Positions 60,401 to 64,000 of a stretch of 64,000 nt of DNA are shown here, piece by piece. Source of the DNA: Verrucomicrobiota bacterium (lineage in GTDB: Bacteria; Verrucomicrobiota; Verrucomicrobiia; Opitutales; Cerasicoccaceae). Position numbers and translations under genes: made by a program. The stretch lies in assembly GCA_039818205.1 (NCBI GenBank), contig JBCBUK010000007.1, positions 32,001 through 96,000 of the forward strand, given 5' to 3'. Numbering within the stretch: position 1 is the stretch's first letter; each line of letters opens with the position of its first letter. The notes under the pieces were generated by a model. That model had not been told where the DNA came from. It made no database searches and saw nothing but the letters and a program-made list of their open reading frames with translations.

Positions 60401-62706
60401 CATCTTATCCGACCAACGTTAATGGCCAAGAGATTCAACGTACGGTCGACTTCGTGCAATATGCGGATTCTACCAACGGCATCGGGCAAACCCGACGAAG
60501 CGTCGTCATTGGCCAGAACGATGCGGGGATCACCACCACCACCACACTGAGTTACGACAACTTCAGCCAAATTCAAGACCGCACTGTATCGTTGGAAAGC
60601 AACGGTAGTCCCTTAGCCGAAGACGTTATGGAGTATGTCCACTCGCCAACTGGGCGCGTGCTTGAAATCACCTATCCAGATAGTAGTCCGATCGACAAGG
60701 TCTTCTACCAGTATGACGTTCTTGGCCGCATGACCGGCATTGGCCAAGCACCCGATGATTCCTCCTGGGCGACTTATGGTTACTCACCCAGCGGGAACCT
60801 TGCATCGGAGTCATTCAACGGAGAAACGCTGGACCAAAACATTCAATACAATTCACCAGGCTGGACCGAGAGCGTCCTGAATCCCGACCCGGACAACAGC
60901 TTCTCGGAGTCAATAACCCAGTACCAAAGCAACGGCCTAATCAAGTCGCTCGAAGACGAGCAAATTTCCTCCGGAAGTTCAAACGAACTTCAATTCACGA
61001 GCTCGTACGACACCAGTAATCGTGTGAAGACGATCAATTATGTCTCGCAAAGTGCCTGGGATCTCGACGTTACCCAATATGACTTCAATGGCAACATGCG
61101 CAGCATCACATCAGGGGGCAACCTGCAGCAATTTGCCTTCAACGATGGCACAAACCAGCTCAACAACATTACCAATCAAAGCTCCGGAGAATCCATTGAT
61201 TACGGTTTCGATGATGATGGAAACGTAAAGCACATCTCAAAATCAAACACGAATAGCGCCGAACCACTCGAGCTCACCTACCAGCGCGGCGGGCTCCTGC
61301 CGACCCGCATTGATCTGACAACCAGCAAACAGTCGGTGCTGTTAGACTACGGTAGCCGAGGCTCTCGCGTCAGCAAACAACTGGTGGATGACCAGGGCAA
61401 CATCGTCAGCCAAACCCTTTATACCATCGGTCTCAATAGCCTGCCGCTCGTGAAGACCGTTGATGGTGAATCAACCGCCTACATCCACGGTCTACGCGGG
61501 CTCGTCGCTTTCAAAAGAGCCGATAAACGTTACTTCGTTAGCACCGACCATCAGAGTTCAACGCGGTCGATCTTTGACGAACAGAACACCGTAATCAACG
61601 CCTATGCCTACTCCAACTACGGCGAACGAAAGACCATCGTCGAGGGAGAATCGGGCCTGATCGACTACCTCTTTTCCGGAGAAGAGTTTGATCAGGAAAC
61701 CGGATTATATAACTTTCGGGCGCGCCTGTATGACATCCGCGTTCGACGCTTCCTCGCACCGGACCCAAAGAATGAGTTTGTTTCACTCTACCTATATACG
61801 AGCAGCGACCCGATCAACTTTACTGACCCAACGGGTGAGTCTGAGTTCTTAGATATCTTCACCGAAGTCGCAGCCAGTATCCTGAGTGTCGCCGAGATTA
61901 CTGCCGGTATCGCGATCGACGTGCTAAGTGCGGGAGCCCTGGCCGAAGGCGTTGGAGGTGCCCTACTTGGTGCTGGCCTGGCAACAGGTACCGAAATCAT
62001 CGTATTGGGCGCACAAGGTGAACTGATGTCTGGAAAGCAACTCCTAGAAACCCAAGTAACTGGCTTAGTGGTGGGAGCGGCCACCGCCGGGGTCGGTGCC
62101 GCGGGCGATGCGTTAGCGGACGCGGCCGTCAATCGACTTACCACCGAAGCCACCAGCCAATTGACCAAGAGCGTTATCCAATTCGGCGTGAAGATAACCG
62201 TCGATGCGGTCGGAGGCAGCCTCGCCCAAGGCGCAGGAAAGATGATCGAGAATGGTTTCGAAGGTAATAGCGCCTTTGATGGTGTCGGAACTGAGATGCT
62301 GATTGGTCTGGCCGATGGAGCCATTGGCTCAGTCCTCGGGAATGCTGCTGGAGGCATCAGCAAGAAGCTGGAATTCGGCAAGTTCGGCCGAACCACGGTC
62401 AGTATAATTGCTGGGGTTGCCTCTGGCGGAGCGAGCTCTGCAATCACCTACTTTGCCGAAGGCGATGACTTTACTTGGCTCGACATGGGAATCAATCTAT
62501 CCGCAGGAGCAGTTGGCAGCTTAAGCTCTGGCTTAAAGACAGAAGAAGCGCCAACGGTACCGGCCAACAATGGCGCGGCCAATGCCCCACCAAATCCTGT
62601 CCAGGGAGCACAGCGCCCCCGAGCAAATTCGGTTGATTTCCAACCCAACTATGGAACGTTCTCCGTGGACGCAAACCAAGGTAGAAGGCTGAGTGCCAGC
62701 TTCTAA
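54496..62706 (+). CDS. Giant RHS/YD-repeat protein (TcB-TcC-like cocoon) with Gly/Ala-rich hydrophobic C-terminal tip
   Basis: SpvB-like start VNLFRG...LGVGWS and YD repeats. The RHS core reads TDHQSSTR, FSGEEFDQETGLYNFRARLYD, RFLAPDP and DPINFTDPTG. Start at ATG 54496. Confidence 0.92.
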   Translation: MSSSGSNPSIPAIRYFQMGDSQSPFKDSVNLFRGDINWSLNVVSMPARKSVGDLGVNISAAYQSHVTDEVELVNLTNPTSPLGVGWSMPEDKISLTSDASLAIAARQYSMESNSTSGTLILTKVDGACYYYQLSNYQPWLIVYDADANQWTVTHEDGLVYIYGGGVDQTGDGYNTSAGNSIAWGVRYGNWTGSTSLTPALSASAKPEQFAQEWHLVRIENPWADTVTYEYNNFERTGDGLLKDVEQFVGDPSGLPYTKAVYLTGVTDVFGRKATFHYEEKTFDDSSDEAPKEFQASHTATPNNTDPNAYQDRYQTKYLDRIELVDTDGEPNGSVKFDYYPLQNLTTETGLQKGATYKRYLKSITHKTPAGIPMPGYTFTYGWDGQGAANNPGAISTITSAAGGVAGYSYGEQSLDICKRDFKVDPPSDAIIGSGDPIPRVWFGNDYAIVTWFNPLNSKVWLGAYTWVGYWKEWTPENPIISEGVSTLDLDSMIALPESQCFGFSFNDTNSTSLFLFSRDPRVTGGWKACPQNTQGALSFNTTAVSYAAGNTFILASATDQRNNQTSLTRINWDWAQDDWQIDQDFKQTGDLVSIAGSGEYYAITQWNRQQTTTFELSYHTRDAAGAVVWNTSAGPSIENTVPSDHKTIQLATGSSTLAVVIPTSTTNQSTTLGLWIYQWDETYTLSQTYQDSIAQNHTPNGAVPYGLSPHVIDNTTVASGGFLFRYNGESWLKNQEFVVNNPSDKNLYWMAYGPDYTIQTVNGPSGITVNLLAFDPDDQAQIVSWDNDPIQPLPLPTTPPEQPQQKYHPSAGGGDYFTSGNAIYFRGTASDWVSSTQAPIFTIAEDINTTSIIDQAPGFLVYLMPDPLDYSKTKTVLLVLNNQQVVGLGTVLDGTTYSLQGSSGTASSGTNAFFTFPAAGSYGNLDKASSITLYRFAGDDIMGPIEHNPVETLSIDNGYGETQPISYFFDPASAACDVTGKVVQYYTSTEFPGSATVNQAPYGSRVTYYLNSQNNDQAIDYYINGSPITSQLLDPALNGLQQKVITKDANDQTLSSKEYTWGIYTIRNSSPTTPDATPENLFGSYSQQQVVTTTQDGVASTTTYDYIPIGFPAPYSGQPITQSETNFNGQGEPQNFVTAYRYGYEIYPEFAAGNALKTVVQTTQTVSTDGGPPVTISVTVSTWKNHGGTKWATYQSISWNGASDINFPFPTNDSVPAGWIQNNANTQVSAKGQPIEMVDTQGRPNSVVFDANLEYTTAQFQNASVAGEEANYWGFESNESNPGWTLDDPATIVSDNGYTGYRSLQINQGGSIARTFTPSNQDRDYVYGVWYKTPSSYEESAASAITLSIEGGSQPTSVTAPFVATDNTWQLLYVVMPLSSLNDEAPLTINASATNAASQPVYIDSIRFLPEGINFSSYTYELAQGQVLTQTANGKQVDRVIYDQFGQNLATGGSYEDNFNTANPKFSSRQINGTFDPAEPNAQIRIQPLSGGKSNTFFDNDTWKSTWTGSNADTNFVAGGGLLQHTSATESDTLTLNDASGVAHSTLLFELAGPTPVDAFAPTTPLGIAIGEDTQMMWDPSSSAWSFTVAGQPVVPLHADSATPLTWCLVALASSVHLFINGRLLLSYDLPSPLTGDLKIVTGENRFAFRSLSYGLKPQLAVNYSDGQKQDRQSQSLVEGNTQVFQSINDAAGQQVAVTKTAPARFNNATDTLPLLAYIEGFVDVTTFLGNLDGSGVMDGYVSDYFDGSHDNSNDQGYPYKRTRFEAAPDGRPIEQGLPGKDYAIIDSGTTDPSSRPTVQFVYSNNSATTVASASSLPGGSYTVVTRIDEMKNSLQSLADQQGDTVFKGAGSAAEIFSRQVTLFTDTGRTTQLFQPNYNDSDLTNKDQFVSYKRYDHLSNLIESQTPDRGKTEFVTTDSGKIRFILDGNGTAQGYYVYIKYDGLDNVIEKGIINGSWDRSQLQSVANDASYPTNVNGQEIQRTVDFVQYADSTNGIGQTRRSVVIGQNDAGITTTTTLSYDNFSQIQDRTVSLESNGSPLAEDVMEYVHSPTGRVLEITYPDSSPIDKVFYQYDVLGRMTGIGQAPDDSSWATYGYSPSGNLASESFNGETLDQNIQYNSPGWTESVLNPDPDNSFSESITQYQSNGLIKSLEDEQISSGSSNELQFTSSYDTSNRVKTINYVSQSAWDLDVTQYDFNGNMRSITSGGNLQQFAFNDGTNQLNNITNQSSGESIDYGFDDDGNVKHISKSNTNSAEPLELTYQRGGLLPTRIDLTTSKQSVLLDYGSRGSRVSKQLVDDQGNIVSQTLYTIGLNSLPLVKTVDGESTAYIHGLRGLVAFKRADKRYFVSTDHQSSTRSIFDEQNTVINAYAYSNYGERKTIVEGESGLIDYLFSGEEFDQETGLYNFRARLYDIRVRRFLAPDPKNEFVSLYLYTSSDPINFTDPTGESEFLDIFTEVAASILSVAEITAGIAIDVLSAGALAEGVGGALLGAGLATGTEIIVLGAQGELMSGKQLLETQVTGLVVGAATAGVGAAGDALADAAVNRLTTEATSQLTKSVIQFGVKITVDAVGGSLAQGAGKMIENGFEGNSAFDGVGTEMLIGLADGAIGSVLGNAAGGISKKLEFGKFGRTTVSIIAGVASGGASSAITYFAEGDDFTWLDMGINLSAGAVGSLSSGLKTEEAPTVPANNGAANAPPNPVQGAQRPRANSVDFQPNYGTFSVDANQGRRLSASF

Positions 62707-62788
62707 CTACCGCGACCAAGCAGGGTTCTCCTTGGTCGACTCGCCCCCCTCTTTGGTTGGAAGCCATCGATTACTATTAGGTTGGTTC

Positions 62789-62819
62789 CCCGACTGCGAT
62801 CGCTTCGGTCGCAGTCGGG
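62789..62819. terminator. Strong hairpin between the RHS gene and the tRNA
   Basis: CCCGACTGCGATCG/CGGTCGCAGTCGGG is a 14-bp stem with one G-U pair and no clear U-tract. Confidence 0.5.
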
Positions 62820-63002
62820 ATAATCGCCGCACGCCGACCGAGATCGCTCAACACCTTGCGCAGATAAGGCAGCTCATGGCCTCGCTTCGCGACCAACAAG
62901 GTGTCGCTTGATTCGAGTCCGCAGACGCTACGTTTAACAGACACCGCAGAAACTCACGCACGCCCGCCGAAACATCACTCCCTATTCCTCCAAACCTCCA
63001 GA

Positions 63003-63078
63003 TGGCAGGGAAGCCGGGACTCGAACCCGGAACCAACGGTTTAGAAAACCGCTGCTCTATCCATTGAGCTACTCCCCC
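63003..63078 (-). tRNA. tRNA-Arg(UCU)
   Basis: Reverse complement GGGGGAGTAGCTCAATGGATAGAGCAGCGGTTTTCTAAACCGTTGGTTCCGGGTTCGAGTCCCGGCTTCCCTGCCA folds as a 76-nt cloverleaf with anticodon TCT and an encoded CCA. Confidence 0.96.
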
Positions 63079-63169
63079 AAATTGCTAATAATCAATAATT
63101 TATGACTGAATTTACGTGCCAGACATTCGCCCTCATAACACAATTGTGTAACCCGATATAATCGAGAGC

Positions 63170-63495
63170 ATGCCAAAGCCCGCAAAACCAAGTCAATCCA
63201 CATTCCAAAAGGTTGCTGAGTGCCTGTATATCGTCACGAAACATCGGGGAGTTACTATGCGTTGGTAAAAAACAACGGCAAGCAAATCCGTCGCTCCCTT
63301 AAGACCCGAGATCGCAAGCTTGCTGAACGACGACTACGCGACTTTAAAGAACAGATCAATCGTCTCGATTTAACCGATGGGGAATCTAATATTCTGTTCA
63401 ATCATCCAGCGATAATATGGCACGAGTACATCGCTCCAAACCCGAAGCCTTCCTCACCTCCATGCCGCGCAACAAACATCCCCCAACCGAATTGA
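63170..63495 (+). pseudogene. Frameshifted, truncated tyrosine integrase N-terminus
   Basis: MPKPAKPSQSTFQKVAECLY, then a 2-nt insertion (TATAT), then RHETSGSYYALVKNNGKQIRRSLKTRDRKLAERRL. This is an arm-binding-type N-terminus with no catalytic domain. Confidence 0.75.
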
Positions 63496-63769
63496 TTTCG
63501 AGAGAATCAATCGGACCTAAGAGAGACAAAATGATCCCAACTGCTGTGAGTGCCTGGTCACGCAACCCCTGAGATTGCCCCTTCGAGGCCAGTTTCTTGA
63601 TAAAACCTGGGATAACCAACGATCGGTTCTGGTTGTCGCCATACTTAGATTCATAGTCCAAGCAGTAACGAACCCATTTTATATAGTGAGGCTTTGTCGC
63701 GCCATCAACGCCCAATCTCGAGAGCTCTGCTCGAAATGCCTGGAATGTTTCGAGCGGTAACTCATTCAT
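63398..63769 (-). pseudogene. Truncated N-terminal domain of an extended integron-type integrase
   Basis: HYIKWVRYCLDY..KY...FIKKLASKGQS...QA..AV resembles the SAM-like N-terminal extension of long integron integrases. No catalytic region follows. It is divergent from an attI-like site. Confidence 0.6.
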
Positions 63770-63879
63770 GATATCTCATTACATTATCATATCAAAATGG
63801 AATGATATCTCATTAGAAAATCAAGTTCTTTTGCAATTTTCAGCATTCCACTGGCCCTTTGAGGAATAATATCCCAAAA

Positions 63880-63900
63880 TAAGCTAATAACTTGTTATGA
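63880..63900 (+). other. Putative integron attI site
   Basis: GCTAA-TAACTT-GTTATGA has the same TAA-N6-GTT spacing as attI1. It lies upstream of the integrase remnant and directly before an ORF. Confidence 0.5.
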
Positions 63901-64000
63901 AGACAGAATTCGAATTTACATACTTTGCAGATCCTAAGAATTTTGCCTACATGCACGAAGGCACTCCTAAGTGCAATTTCTGTGGACAAGAAAAAGAATG
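63897..64000 (+). CDS. 5' part of a probable first gene cassette (CbrC/UPF0167-like)
   Basis: MKTEFEFTYFADPKNFAYMHEGTPKCNFCGQEKE..., with an FxYFxDP motif and CxxC. Open to the window edge. Confidence 0.55.
   Translation, partial: MKTEFEFTYFADPKNFAYMHEGTPKCNFCGQEKE

Noticed and set aside
62693..62935. 72-aa ORF after the RHS gene as an immunity protein, and TTCGAGTCC at about 62912 as a tRNA fragment
   Set aside because: The ORF runs through a strong hairpin and lacks a convincing start or protein-like composition. The TTCGAGT has no pairing T-stem.
1..64000. CRISPR arrays and rRNA genes
   Set aside because: No regularly spaced repeats or rRNA-like sequence were seen by eye.

Overview
This is a bacterial chromosomal window, most likely from a marine Verrucomicrobiota/PVC organism. 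That is an inference from four PEP-CTERM proteins, three CGPSR sulfatases, a DUF1553/DUF1501/planctomycete cytochrome c cluster and several ECF sigma factors. From left to right it holds: a sulfatase and an acyltransferase; a CYTH-CHAD-ParA operon; an FAD/Fe-S oxidase; rho with a structured leader; an ECF-FecR-DUF1553-DUF1501-cytochrome operon; a large secreted modular protein; two paralogous PEP-CTERM genes flanking an FAD oxidoreductase; an ECF plus anti-sigma/vWA pair; a GH28; a heme-uptake locus (hmuTUV/hmuS) followed by two homologous unknown surface proteins; an ECF-Ser/Thr kinase operon; two more sulfatases; and a Tat multicopper oxidase. The accessory right end has an IS3 remnant, a triple-DHH-repeat protein, a ~2740-aa RHS protein, tRNA-Arg(UCU), two truncated integrases and a probable attI with the start of a first integron cassette. 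The best leads are (1) a kinase with a WNK-like relocated catalytic lysine, coupled to an ECF sigma, (2) a candidate new family of surface heme-capture proteins, and (3) an RHS toxin with no immunity gene, paired with a DHH-repeat protein. All family assignments come from motif recognition by eye; no database searches were run.
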